A stretch of 56,373 bases of DNA from Pseudohongiellaceae bacterium (GCA_047638635.1 JBLIMM010000001.1:1-56373), one strand, 5' to 3'; shown: positions 17,610 to 27,319, numbered from the stretch's first letter. Made by a program: numbers and translations. The notes: generated from the sequence alone by a model not told the origin.

Positions 17610-18820
17610 CCTTGCGCTACCGGCGGATCGTCTTCCCGATCCTGCTGGCTTCCATGATCTTAGTGCTGGCATCGACCCTCTCAGAGGTCGTCAGTCCGGT
17701 GCTGTTTGCCATGCTCCTGGCGGTGATTCTTAACCCGCTGGTCGACGCGGCGGCGCGGTTCAAACTCCCTCGAGTGGCTACCGTGGCCATGCTCTATATG
17801 GCCTTGGTCTTGGTCGTGATCTTGTCCACCGCGGGAGTGAGCGGGCAGTTTCGGGCACTTGGCCGCGCCCTCCAAGGTGAAGAGTTTCATGGGGACTTGG
17901 ACGGCAACGGTCTTGTGACGTTGTCGCTAGGCCCAGGGCAGCGCCCCGAGTTCACCGACCTCAATGCCAACAGCCTCTGGGACGGGGGCGCGCTGATCTC
18001 GCTGAAGGCGCTCGTGAACAGCGAGCGCACCCGACTCCCCGAAGGCGTGTGGGGCGACGCCCTCGACGAGTTGGGTCGAGGAGTTCTGGACATGCTCGAC
18101 AAGCTGGGAGGCCCTTCCACGGGCGTGCTGGCTTCTGGCATTGAGTCTGCGGCTGTGCAGGCGGGGGGCTTGCTGCAACTGCTCACCCTGCTGGTGTTGA
18201 TCCCCTTCTACCTGTTCTTTTTCTTGGTGGAGTACCCGGCCATTCGCCAGCGCATGGGCGACCTGGTGCCCCCTCGCCATCGGGACATGACCGAGCGCAT
18301 CGCCCGAGATGTTGGCCAAGAGCTGGTGTCGTTTCTCCGCGGGCGGCTGTCCTGCGGCCTGGTGAAAGCGGTCATGCTCTGGGTAGGCATGATGATGATG
18401 AGCATCCCCTTTGCCTTGCCCATCGCACTGGTCTCTGGGTTGCTGTCTCTGGTGCCGTTTCTAGGGTTCCTGGCAGGGGTTCTCCCCGCAGCTCTGTTGG
18501 CCCTGACCATGGCTGGTGGGGGCACAGATGCTTTGCTCTACGTGATAGCCCTCTTCGCCACGGCGGAGGCTTTTGAAGGGGCTGTGCTGTACCCGTTCTT
18601 ACTCGGGAAGGAAACCGGCCTGCATCCCATCGCGCTCGTGGTGGTGTTGCTCGCAGGGGGCAGCCTCATGGGCACCCTGGGAGTCTTGGCCGCTGTGCCC
18701 CTTGCGCTCATCTGCAAAGTGCTCTGGCGCGAGCTGGGCCAGCGCTTTTACCGCGAGTGGGCAGCCTCAGACATCCGCGAAAGTGACGAGCCGTCTGCTG
18801 ATCCTGTGACCGCACCATAG
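17606..18820 (+). CDS. AI-2E family transporter (PerM/UPF0118)
   Basis: 404 aa, multi-pass. The C-terminal half (SLVPFLGFLAGVLPAALLAL...HPIALVVVLLAGGSLMGTLGVLAAVPLA) is typical of AI-2E. ATGA overlap with the upstream stop. Confidence 0.85.
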   Translation: MTLRYRRIVFPILLASMILVLASTLSEVVSPVLFAMLLAVILNPLVDAAARFKLPRVATVAMLYMALVLVVILSTAGVSGQFRALGRALQGEEFHGDLDGNGLVTLSLGPGQRPEFTDLNANSLWDGGALISLKALVNSERTRLPEGVWGDALDELGRGVLDMLDKLGGPSTGVLASGIESAAVQAGGLLQLLTLLVLIPFYLFFFLVEYPAIRQRMGDLVPPRHRDMTERIARDVGQELVSFLRGRLSCGLVKAVMLWVGMMMMSIPFALPIALVSGLLSLVPFLGFLAGVLPAALLALTMAGGGTDALLYVIALFATAEAFEGAVLYPFLLGKETGLHPIALVVVLLAGGSLMGTLGVLAAVPLALICKVLWRELGQRFYREWAASDIRESDEPSADPVTAP

Positions 18821-18822
18821 AC

Positions 18823-18836
18823 GTGCCCCAGGGCAC
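18823..18836. terminator. short GC hairpin between convergent genes
   Basis: gtgccccagggcac forms a 5-6 bp stem, 3 nt after the AI-2E stop. There is no U-tract. Confidence 0.3.
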
Positions 18837-18900
18837 AAAGCGCGCACCGAGACTGAGTTTGTTGAGCTAATCGGCGGGGGCAGTGGCCCCACGCGGGCTG

Positions 18901-21222
18901 CTAGCCTTCATCATCCAGGCTGAGCTGTTCGACGGTGTCGTCCGGGTACGGCTCGAGGTCAGCGAAGTCGTCGTAGGCTTCGTACGCTGTGAGGTCGAAG
19001 GGCATGGCTTTGCCCAGCACAGCGATAGCCATTTGCAACTGGGTGTCTTCTTGCCAGTCCCCATAGACCAAGCCGCCGGGGAAGGCCTTGCCTCGGTCGT
19101 CGGCCACGACGTTGCGGACTTCGCCGCGCAAGATCAGCCGCAAGGTGTCGTCGGGCAGGCCCGTGACAAGGTTGTCGCGGAAGTCATCCCAGCCGGGATA
19201 GCGGCTGGTGTCGTGGTCGTCACCGCAAGCCAGCTCGTGAAACAGCTCTCGGTGTAAGGGGAAGTTCGTCTGCACGTATTCTTTGAAGGGCAGCTCATCG
19301 CCCAAGGCGTCGAGCAACATGGCCCATTCATTGTTTTGCCACCCGGGGATTCCGTCAAACTCCACCAGCACATCTGGCTTGACCCCGCCCTTCTCGATGA
19401 CGCGCCAATCCAGGTCACGCTCCGTATGCAGGGAGCGACCAGAACCCAAGTAGTAGCGGGCGTTGGTGATCTTCAGGTTGACCGGATAGCTGTACTTCGC
19501 ATCACCGTCAAGATCCTCGAATCGATCGCCCGGGTCGTAAGCTCCGTTGCGGTTCGTGTCCGTGAGTAACTTGTCACCGGGGCGACTGTCCAGGGGCATC
19601 GCTTGTTGCACGGAGCCCTTGCCGTAGGTCTGTATGCCAGCAATCGTCGCTCGGCCGTACTCTTGCAAACAGCCAGAGACGATCTCGCTCGCCGAGGCGC
19701 TGCGTTCGTTGACGAGAATCACCACCGGGCCCCGGTAGGGCTGGGACATGCCGGGAATCACTTGGGTGTAGAAGTTGTGTCGCTGAACCTCTCGCCCTTC
19801 GGTGTAGACGACGAGTTTTCCGGGGTCGAGAAACAGCGAACAGATGCGCACGGCTTCGTCCAGGTAGCCGCCACTGTTGTTGCGCAGGTCGAGAATCATC
19901 CCGCGCATACCCTCTTTGTCCATGGTGGCCAGGGCGATGGCGAGCTCGTCTGAGGTGGTATCCGCGAAGGTCAGCACTTCTGCGTAACCAATGTCACCGG
20001 GGAGCCGCTCGAAGTTCACGCTGCTGATATCGATCACGTCTCGGGCGATGACGTAGTCCCGGGCCTCCTGCCAGCCCTTGCGGTAGACGGCGATGGTGAC
20101 CTCTGTGCCGGGCTCGCCCTTGAGACGCTTGATGATCTCGTCGTTGGGTTGGTTGAACGTGTCCCAGCCGTCGACCTTGTGAATCTGATCGCCGGACATG
20201 AGTCCCGCAGCGTAGGCAGGACCAGAGTAAATCGGCTTAGTGATCGTGAAGAACTGGTTGATCGTGTCGACATAGGCGCCGATGCCAGCGTAGTGTCGTT
20301 TGAGGTCCAAGATCCAGCGCTCGAACTCAGCAGAGCTGAAGTAGGTCGAGTGAGGATCTAGCGCCATGAGCATGCCCTTGGCAGCGGAGGTGATCAGTCG
20401 CTCGCGCCCCTCGGCGTCCGTGAGTTGATCCCCCAGCAAGTGGTGCAGCTGAATCTTGGCGATGAGCTCTTCGATGACGTCGAGACTGCCGGGACCCTTG
20501 GTGAATTGTTCTCCCCCGGGAAGTGGCCTCAGGGTCGTCCCTTCTTGGCGGCTCTGACGGTAGAGCTTGTTGTCGTAGTACTCGATTTTTCGTTCGGTAT
20601 TGAGGTGCGCCCGAGCGAGCTGACCGATCAATCCCGGGTCTGCACTGAGCGTGCGCAGCATCGTCTTGGCCGATGCATAATCGCCGATCTCTGCCAGAGC
20701 CAAGGCTGCTTCTGCAGCCACGTCAAAGTCATCGCTGTCGAGCGCATCGAGCAACACATCCCGTGCTGCGATCTTCGACTTCACCTTGCCCACTTTATAG
20801 AGGGTGTGGGCCACCGAGACTTTGCGCGAGGCAGCAAGGGGCTGCTCAAGCATATCGGTCAAAGCGTCGGCCACGGCGGACACTTGGCGAAAGGCCTGGT
20901 CACTGAGCAGAGAGAGGGCGTCCTCCGCAGCAGCTGTGGACGTGAGCGGGAGCAGCAGCTCTGCGGATTCATGGGGAGCATCGAGTTCTAGCAGCGTGCG
21001 ACCAATGACCAACACCAGTTGATCGTCAGCCCCGTCGGCGCTGTCGATCAGGTGTGGGACAGCGAGGGCCGAGTCGGAGCGAGCCACATCGCGGAGGTCT
21101 TTGGCCAGGTCCCAACGTCTGGCTCCTGTGGCATCTGCGAGCCGAAACAGCACGTCGTCCAGCTGAGACGGTAGGTCGTCTACGGGCAGGAACAGCGCCA
21201 GGGCGATCAGGGGGGCAAACAT
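18901..21222 (-). CDS. S41 family C-terminal processing peptidase with PDZ domain and N-terminal HEAT-like repeats
   Basis: PDZ (GPAYAAGLMSGDQIHKVDG). Catalytic regions LRNNSGGYLDEAV and LVNERSASASEIVSGCLQ...GIQTYGKGSVQ. GGAG lies 9 nt upstream of ATG 21222. Confidence 0.9.
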   Translation of the reverse strand: MFAPLIALALFLPVDDLPSQLDDVLFRLADATGARRWDLAKDLRDVARSDSALAVPHLIDSADGADDQLVLVIGRTLLELDAPHESAELLLPLTSTAAAEDALSLLSDQAFRQVSAVADALTDMLEQPLAASRKVSVAHTLYKVGKVKSKIAARDVLLDALDSDDFDVAAEAALALAEIGDYASAKTMLRTLSADPGLIGQLARAHLNTERKIEYYDNKLYRQSRQEGTTLRPLPGGEQFTKGPGSLDVIEELIAKIQLHHLLGDQLTDAEGRERLITSAAKGMLMALDPHSTYFSSAEFERWILDLKRHYAGIGAYVDTINQFFTITKPIYSGPAYAAGLMSGDQIHKVDGWDTFNQPNDEIIKRLKGEPGTEVTIAVYRKGWQEARDYVIARDVIDISSVNFERLPGDIGYAEVLTFADTTSDELAIALATMDKEGMRGMILDLRNNSGGYLDEAVRICSLFLDPGKLVVYTEGREVQRHNFYTQVIPGMSQPYRGPVVILVNERSASASEIVSGCLQEYGRATIAGIQTYGKGSVQQAMPLDSRPGDKLLTDTNRNGAYDPGDRFEDLDGDAKYSYPVNLKITNARYYLGSGRSLHTERDLDWRVIEKGGVKPDVLVEFDGIPGWQNNEWAMLLDALGDELPFKEYVQTNFPLHRELFHELACGDDHDTSRYPGWDDFRDNLVTGLPDDTLRLILRGEVRNVVADDRGKAFPGGLVYGDWQEDTQLQMAIAVLGKAMPFDLTAYEAYDDFADLEPYPDDTVEQLSLDDEG

Positions 21223-21240
21223 AGGTGGCTCCTCGGAGTG

Positions 21241-21324
21241 ATGCTCAGGTGGTTCTATCGTATGTCAGGCCAAGCAGACCTGAGCATGGGCAAAACAGCG
21301 GCGTCTCTTCTTTGAGGGAAGAGA
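21241..21324 (+). promoter_or_regulatory. two hairpins in the divergent peptidase / moaC intergenic region
   Basis: A perfect 10-bp inverted repeat atgctcaggt (21241-21250) / acctgagcat (21278-21287). A 7-bp stem tctcttc (21304-21310) / gaagaga (21318-21324). Confidence 0.4.
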
Positions 21325-21356
21325 GTCTTGAGCGGCGCTCGGGGTATCATGCTCTG

Positions 21357-21854
21357 ATGAGCAGACCCTTGACGCATGTATCCAACGACGGTCGGGCCCG
21401 CATGGTTGATGTGGGCGAGAAGCCTCTGACCCGCCGCCGGGCCGTTGTGAGCGGGAGATTGGTCATGGCAGCAGAGACGTTGACCGCGGCTCTGGGTGCC
21501 GGTGGTCCGAAAGGGCCGGTGATCGAAGTCGCCCGCCTGGCGGGGATCTCAGGGGCGAAGCGCACTGCCGATTTGATTCCTCTCTGTCATAGCCTGCCCA
21601 TTGATCAGGTGGACATCTCGATTACCGCTGACGGTGACCGTGCCTTGTTCATTCGTGCCGAAGTTGTGACCACCTGGCGCACAGGCGTTGAGATGGAGGC
21701 CTTCAGTGCGGTGGCCGTTGCTGGGCTCACACTGATCGACATGCTCAAGGCCATCGACCGTGGTTTGGTCCTGTCCGATGTGCGTCTGGAGCTGAAGTCG
21801 GGGGGGCGCAGCGGTGTCTGGGAGCGGGACGCTGGCTCGGATGAGCAGTCTTGA
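21357..21854 (+). CDS. moaC: cyclic pyranopterin monophosphate synthase MoaC
   Basis: LTHVSNDGRARMVDVGEKP...AKRTADLIPLCHSLPI...TGVEMEA are MoaC signatures. The internal ATG 21357 fits the usual N-terminus. Confidence 0.9.
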   Translation: MSRPLTHVSNDGRARMVDVGEKPLTRRRAVVSGRLVMAAETLTAALGAGGPKGPVIEVARLAGISGAKRTADLIPLCHSLPIDQVDISITADGDRALFIRAEVVTTWRTGVEMEAFSAVAVAGLTLIDMLKAIDRGLVLSDVRLELKSGGRSGVWERDAGSDEQS

Positions 21855-22402
21855 GCCGACCTAGCGGGGCGGCTGGGCCCGGTTACAGGGTGCGTGTGAT
21901 CTTGGCATCCGATCGGGTCTCCCGAGGCCAGCGAGAAGATGGCACGGCAGGGGGCCTGCGCCAGTTGCTGGAACAAGCCGGCTATGAGTTCGAATCGGCT
22001 GTGGCTGTGCCGGACGACCTCGCCGCCTTGTCTGCCGCCATCGTCGAAGCGGCAAAAGTGGTCCCCCTGGTGCTCACCAGCGGTGGCACGGGCATCGCTC
22101 CCCGGGACGTCACCCCGGAGGCGACCCGGGCGGTCATTGAACGAGAACTTCTCGGCTTCGGCGAAGCCATGCGCGCGGCATCCAGAGAGGCCACGCCCAC
22201 CGCCGACTTGTCTCGGGCGACCGCAGGGACCCTTGGGAGTTCCCTGGTGGTCAACCTGCCCGGCAGCCCCAAGGGGGCCGTGGAGTGCTTGGCTGCAGTC
22301 TTGCCAAGCGTGGGCCACGGTTTGCGCTTGCTTGCGGGAGCCGTCAAGGATTGCGCTCTCGACGTGAGTTCTACGGGCACGTCTTCACCTCGCGAGGGGT
22401 GA
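21851..22402 (+). CDS. MogA/MoaB family molybdenum cofactor biosynthesis protein
   Basis: ILASDRVSRGQREDGT...LVLTSGGTGIAPRDVTPEAT...GFGEAMR. TTG 21851 overlaps the moaC stop (TTGA), and GTG 21890/21896 are alternative starts. Confidence 0.85.
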   Translation: MSRPSGAAGPGYRVRVILASDRVSRGQREDGTAGGLRQLLEQAGYEFESAVAVPDDLAALSAAIVEAAKVVPLVLTSGGTGIAPRDVTPEATRAVIERELLGFGEAMRAASREATPTADLSRATAGTLGSSLVVNLPGSPKGAVECLAAVLPSVGHGLRLLAGAVKDCALDVSSTGTSSPREG

Positions 22403-22504
22403 TGCTAAGATTCCCGCCTCGTTGAGACGGGGTGGGTCGGCTGGTTTTTCAGCGGGTCTGCTCTTTTTCGAGATAGCCCCGTCCCCTCCTCACCAGCGAA
22501 AACC

Positions 22505-23026
22505 ATGGACCGTCAAGTCATTACGCAAGTTGTGGCGATGCTCGTGGTCTTGTCCATGGCGTTGCGTTGGATTCCGGATACGGATCCAGAAGATGCTCTC
22601 GGCCTTGGCGACCCGTACAACGCGCTGAAGCTTGACCGGCAAATCGCCGCAACGAACCCGGACTCGGACGCGGTTACGGCTGTTCTCCGTTCGATCACTC
22701 ACCCGGGCACCGAGCAGGAGGCCTATCGGGCCCACTGGTCCAATTTACTGCGCCAGCTGCAGAAGATTCGGGACACCGCTGACGAAAACACGATGGTGCA
22801 GTTCAAGGGCGTGGTGCGCAACGATGTCTGGCCCTTGATCGCGTTGCTTTATCCCCTGCGTAGCACCTTCGCAACTCGCGAGATGGGGACGTCCCACGAC
22901 GACCCAGACTTGCCAGGCACGACCCATTCCTTCAAGGCCAACATGCGGGCTTGGGCTGACATGACGGCCCAGGAAATCGCCAAGATCAAAGCGGACCGAG
23001 AGGCCGCCGCGCGAGGTCGGAGGTAG
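22505..23026 (+). CDS. hypothetical membrane-anchored protein
   Basis: 173-aa ORF with a single N-terminal TM (VITQVVAMLVVLSMAL). No family recognised. It sits 4 nt upstream of the next CDS. Confidence 0.55.
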   Translation: MDRQVITQVVAMLVVLSMALRWIPDTDPEDALGLGDPYNALKLDRQIAATNPDSDAVTAVLRSITHPGTEQEAYRAHWSNLLRQLQKIRDTADENTMVQFKGVVRNDVWPLIALLYPLRSTFATREMGTSHDDPDLPGTTHSFKANMRAWADMTAQEIAKIKADREAAARGRR

Positions 23027-23030
23027 ACCG

Positions 23031-24548
23031 ATGATGTCTGCTAATCTTCTTGCAGTGGGATTGCCCCTGCTGATCTGTTCGCTCTTGGGGATGGCCTTAG
23101 ATCGGGTGCTTTTGGGCGGCCCGTCTTGCGGCTGGATAGAGCGTTTTGGTCGCGGCCTCATGTTGGGACTGGGGACGGCAGGTAGCCTCTCCATGTTGCT
23201 CGACAGCATGGGCGTGCTGATCACCCCGGCGAGTTTGGGAACGCTCATCGGGGTCCTTGGCGTGCTGCTGATTCTGGGTGCCCGTCGAGCCTGCCCGCGA
23301 CAGCCAGTGCCCGAAATATCAAAGCTGTCGCGCCTGCCCAACAAGCACATCGCGCTGACGGTACTGCTCATACTCTTCGCAGTGGTGGGCTTGGCCGTGG
23401 CCGTTCGCTCCGGCTATCTGCGGCAGAGTTTTCAGTTTGATGCGGTCACCCGTTGGATCTTTAAGGCCAAGGTGCTGCACATCGATGGCACGCTCTTAGG
23501 TCGCATCTCAACCGACCCCGATTTTGGTTTTACTCACCAGCGCTACCCGCCCTTGGTGAGCCACATTGCGAACTTCCCCGCTCTGGTGAACGGGCACTTC
23601 AACGATCGCTTGGCAACGGCTATCTTCCCTTGGTTCGCGGTGTCGTTGGTCGCCATGGTCTATGGCGCTTTGGCGCGACGAGTGGGGCCGCTGACCGCTG
23701 CCCTGGGCGCGGCCTGGATCGCGAACCTGCCGCTGATTTCCTACACCATGGCTCCGCCTCCGGGGTCAGGAGCATTCGCGGGCATGGCCGACATTCCCCT
23801 GGCGATGTTCATCACCGCAATGGGGCTGGCGGCCATCGATGGCATCGAGGGGCGCCGAGATCGTGCGCACTTAGAAGCTGCGCTCGCCCTGGCCTTCGCC
23901 ACGCTGACAAAAAACGAGGCCTTGCCACTGATTCTCGTGGTAGGCCTGGCCCTCGCACTGAGCGTCTCTCGAGGGCGCTTGCGTCGAGCTTTGGGGGTGA
24001 CCGGGTTCGCCGCTGCGGCGTACTTCATCCTCTGGGGTCACATTGCAGCGGGCCTGCCCGCCACGGATGAAAATTATCTGGCCCAGCTCAATCTCGACGC
24101 ACTCATGGCAGGCCTCGATCGTATCCAGGTGGTGGCCATGCGTTTGAAGGTCGAGTTGCTGAGCCTGCGCGCCTGGAACATCACCTGGCCAGCTCTCTTG
24201 GTGCTGCTTATCGTGGGTCGGGGCGTGATCAAGCGGCCGGTCTTACGATTCTTGGCCATCGTGGTCCTGCTCCAGTTCGCCAGCTACGCCTTCGCCTACC
24301 TGGTGACCGCGTGGACTAGCCCGGCTGCTCTCGAGATGGCTAAACGGCCAAAATTGGTCCAGGGATTGCCTGACATGAGCGGCGATCAGCACGTGATTTG
24401 GTTTTTGATGAGGCTCACCATGAGCCGTCTGCTGCTGCACATTGCGCCCCTGGCCATTTGTATGGGGCTGCTCGCATCTCCCCTGGTGGCCCTGGTGACG
24501 TCCCCTCGGGAGGGCGAGCGATCGGGTGTTACGCCGCGATCGGGTTGA
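23031..24548 (+). CDS. multi-pass membrane protein, possible GT-C fold (ArnT/PMT-like) glycosyltransferase
   Basis: 505 aa with about 12 hydrophobic segments. A loop HQRYPPLVSHIANFPAL resembles the H..YPPL motif seen in uncharacterised GT-C proteins. The assignment is weak. Confidence 0.65.
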   Translation: MMSANLLAVGLPLLICSLLGMALDRVLLGGPSCGWIERFGRGLMLGLGTAGSLSMLLDSMGVLITPASLGTLIGVLGVLLILGARRACPRQPVPEISKLSRLPNKHIALTVLLILFAVVGLAVAVRSGYLRQSFQFDAVTRWIFKAKVLHIDGTLLGRISTDPDFGFTHQRYPPLVSHIANFPALVNGHFNDRLATAIFPWFAVSLVAMVYGALARRVGPLTAALGAAWIANLPLISYTMAPPPGSGAFAGMADIPLAMFITAMGLAAIDGIEGRRDRAHLEAALALAFATLTKNEALPLILVVGLALALSVSRGRLRRALGVTGFAAAAYFILWGHIAAGLPATDENYLAQLNLDALMAGLDRIQVVAMRLKVELLSLRAWNITWPALLVLLIVGRGVIKRPVLRFLAIVVLLQFASYAFAYLVTAWTSPAALEMAKRPKLVQGLPDMSGDQHVIWFLMRLTMSRLLLHIAPLAICMGLLASPLVALVTSPREGERSGVTPRSG

Positions 24549-24626
24549 TTCGGTAGGGAAGGGCCGGTTCAATGGCTCTAATCACTCGTACACTCATGCC
24601 GCTTACATCTTGGTGACGCCCAGCTC

Positions 24627-25202
24627 ATGGTCACGATCTCTACGAATCAGTTTAACAATGGCATGACCCTGAGGGTCGACGGCCACTTGTTCGACATCGT
24701 CAGCTACCAGTTCGTCAAGCCCGGCAAGGGCGGGGCGTTCGTGCGGACTCGGCTGAAGAACACCAGAACCGGTGCCATCAAAGAGATCACCTACGACTCG
24801 AAGGACAAGGTCGAGCAGGTGATCATCGACAAGGTCGACATGGAGTACCTGTACAGGGACGGTTCTGCGTTCATGTTCATGGACCCGGAGACCTTCGATC
24901 AGAGCCCCGTGGACGAACCTTTGGTTGAGCCGTTGCTGCCCTTCCTCAAAGAAAACACCGTCTGCAAGTTTAAGATGTGCGAGAGCGAGGTCATTTCGAT
25001 CGAACTCCCTGACCACATGCTCTTTGAGGTGGTCGAGACCACACAGTGGGTCAAAGGCAGTACCGCCCAAGGGGGTACCAAACCCGCAACTCTCGATACG
25101 GGCACGGTTGTGCAAGTGCCCGTCTACTTGAACCAGGGCGAATGGATCAAGGTCGACACTCGTGTGGGCACCTACTCCGAACGAGCGAGCGCCCCCGAGT
25201 AA
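24627..25202 (+). CDS. efp: elongation factor P
   Basis: ISTNQFNNGMTLRVDGHLFDIVSYQFVKPGKGGAFVRTRLKN is the canonical EF-P N-terminus with the KPGKG loop. Confidence 0.95.
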   Translation: MVTISTNQFNNGMTLRVDGHLFDIVSYQFVKPGKGGAFVRTRLKNTRTGAIKEITYDSKDKVEQVIIDKVDMEYLYRDGSAFMFMDPETFDQSPVDEPLVEPLLPFLKENTVCKFKMCESEVISIELPDHMLFEVVETTQWVKGSTAQGGTKPATLDTGTVVQVPVYLNQGEWIKVDTRVGTYSERASAPE

Positions 25203-25259
25203 CTTCTACAATCACGTTGGACTCTTTCCACCGAACGAACCACCCAGAGGATCTCTTCC

Positions 25260-25964
25260 GTGGCAGCACGCAAGAAGACCGCAGTGAAAGCAGCGCCGGC
25301 TAAGAAGAAGGCCGCGCAACGCAAGCAAACTCCCAAGGCCACCAAGGCCAGTCAAGCCAAGAAGGCGTCGCGGAAGGCGGCCAAGCCTCAGCAGAAGGCG
25401 AGCGCCAAGAAGGATCGGCCAAGCCGTGTCAGCGCGAAGAAGCCAGCTCGCAAATCCAGCGTGGCCAAGACGATCTCCGCCGCTGCTCAGTTGGGCCTGT
25501 TGGGCGAGGTCGAAGCCCTCGCTCGACTCATGGAAGAGCACGGCTTGATCGACGTGAGCTACGCCGTCGAGGCTGATGGCGCCAAGGAGATTCACGTCTC
25601 TCGTGGTGGTGTCCCCGGGATCGTTCATGGGGCTGTCCCTGCCGTACCGGCCATGGCAGCCCCCAGCGCTCAGGCGCCGGCAGCCGGCACGGGCGGTGAC
25701 TCTGCCGACTCCGTCGACACGAGTCTGCACGCGTTTGTGTCACCCATGGTGGGCACGTTCTACCGGGCCCCGTCCCCTGAAGCCTCGCCTTTCGCGAGTG
25801 TTTCTGATCGAGTCGATACAGGGTCACCTGTGTGCATCATCGAGGCGATGAAAGTGATGAACGAGATCACTCCTGATCTTGCTGGTGACGTGGTTTCGAT
25901 TGAGGTCGAAAACGGCGAAGCTGTCGAGTTCGGTCAGACCCTGATGCTGATCAGGCCACGCTGA
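25260..25964 (+). CDS. accB: biotin carboxyl carrier protein with Lys-rich N-terminal extension
   Basis: C-terminal biotinyl domain [16 protein letters not shown] start with agagga 8 nt upstream. The first 70 or so aa are KKxAxK-rich. Confidence 0.9.
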   Translation: MAARKKTAVKAAPAKKKAAQRKQTPKATKASQAKKASRKAAKPQQKASAKKDRPSRVSAKKPARKSSVAKTISAAAQLGLLGEVEALARLMEEHGLIDVSYAVEADGAKEIHVSRGGVPGIVHGAVPAVPAMAAPSAQAPAAGTGGDSADSVDTSLHAFVSPMVGTFYRAPSPEASPFASVSDRVDTGSPVCIIEAMKVMNEITPDLAGDVVSIEVENGEAVEFGQTLMLIRPR

Positions 25965-25966
25965 CC

Positions 25967-27319
25967 ATGTTTCGCCGGATACTCATCGCCAACCGCGGGG
26001 AGATCGCCCTGCGTGTCATTCGCGCTTGCAAGGCACTGGGCATCGAGTCGGTCGCGGTGTATTCCGAGGCGGACAGGGATGCCAGCTACATCGAATTGGC
26101 CGACGAAGCCGTCTGCATCGGTGAAGCCGCTCCTGCCAAGAGTTACCTCGATACCAATCGGGTCATTGCGGCCGCAGAGATCACCGACTCGGACGCGATT
26201 CATCCGGGCTACGGTTTTCTCAGCGAAAACAGCCGCTTCGTTGAAGTGGTCGAAGCCTGTGGGTTCCAATTCATCGGCCCCACGGCCAAGGTCATCGCCC
26301 AGATGGGTGACAAGAACACCGCCCGCGCCATGGCTCGAGAGGCCGGAGTGCCCATCGTCCCCGGCAGCGACGGCATCGTGCCTACTGAAAAAGAGGCGCG
26401 GGTTCTCGCTGAAGAAATCGGCTATCCGGTGATGGTCAAGGCCACCGCAGGTGGTGGTGGCCGGGGCATGCGCCCGGTTCACGCTGGCAGCGAGTTGTCC
26501 GTGGCCTTCAACGCAGCGCGGACCGAAGCCGATGTGGCCTTCGGTAATCCTGATGTCTACATCGAGCGACTGGTCACTGGGCCACGCCACGTTGAAATTC
26601 AGGTCATTGGGGATGAGCACGGCAACTTGGTGCACTTGGGCGAGCGAGAGTGCTCGATTCAACGGCGCCACCAGAAGCTTCTCGAAGAGTCACCGTCCCA
26701 GGCGATCGATGCTGAGCTTCGTGATCGCATGGGCGAGGCAGCCATCGCACTCTGCCGCAAAGCGGGCTACACGAATGCCGGCACGGTCGAGTTCCTCGTG
26801 GACGACCGTCGACGCTTCTACTTCATGGAACTCAACGCTCGCGTGCAAGTGGAGCATGCTGTGACAGAGATGGTCACAGGCATCGACATCGTCCAAGAGC
26901 AAATCAAGATCGCAGCAGGGATGCCCTTGTCGTTCACCCAAGAAGAGGTGCACATCGAGGGAGCATCCATCGAATGCCGCATCAACGCTGAAGACTGCGC
27001 GCACGGGTTCCGGCCTTCATGCGGAACCATCCGGCGGATGTTTCATCCTGGTGGGACGGGCGTGCGCTTCGACAGTCACGCTTACGGCGGCTACACCATC
27101 TCGCCCTATTACGACTCCATGATCGGCAAGCTGGTGGTGCACGCTGCGACTCGCGACGAGGCCATCAAGCGCATGCACATGGCTCTGGATGAGTGCGTCA
27201 TCGATGGCATCTCGACAACAGTCGACTTCCACCACAAGATTCTCAACGATCCGCGTTTTCGAGCAGGTGACTACGACACCTCGTTCATCCCCACCATGGA
27301 AGACAGTGGGGCTACTTGA
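25967..27319 (+). CDS. accC: acetyl-CoA carboxylase biotin carboxylase subunit
   Basis: MFRRILIANRGEIALRVIRACK...GYPVMVKATAGGGGRGMR...EMNARVQVEH is a full-length ATP-grasp biotin carboxylase. Confidence 0.97.
   Translation: MFRRILIANRGEIALRVIRACKALGIESVAVYSEADRDASYIELADEAVCIGEAAPAKSYLDTNRVIAAAEITDSDAIHPGYGFLSENSRFVEVVEACGFQFIGPTAKVIAQMGDKNTARAMAREAGVPIVPGSDGIVPTEKEARVLAEEIGYPVMVKATAGGGGRGMRPVHAGSELSVAFNAARTEADVAFGNPDVYIERLVTGPRHVEIQVIGDEHGNLVHLGERECSIQRRHQKLLEESPSQAIDAELRDRMGEAAIALCRKAGYTNAGTVEFLVDDRRRFYFMELNARVQVEHAVTEMVTGIDIVQEQIKIAAGMPLSFTQEEVHIEGASIECRINAEDCAHGFRPSCGTIRRMFHPGGTGVRFDSHAYGGYTISPYYDSMIGKLVVHAATRDEAIKRMHMALDECVIDGISTTVDFHHKILNDPRFRAGDYDTSFIPTMEDSGAT

Noticed and set aside
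21223-21356. A canonical Moco riboswitch upstream of moaC.
   Set aside because: The hairpins are real and are reported as a finding. However, I could not recognise the conserved Moco-motif core, so I do not call an ncRNA feature.
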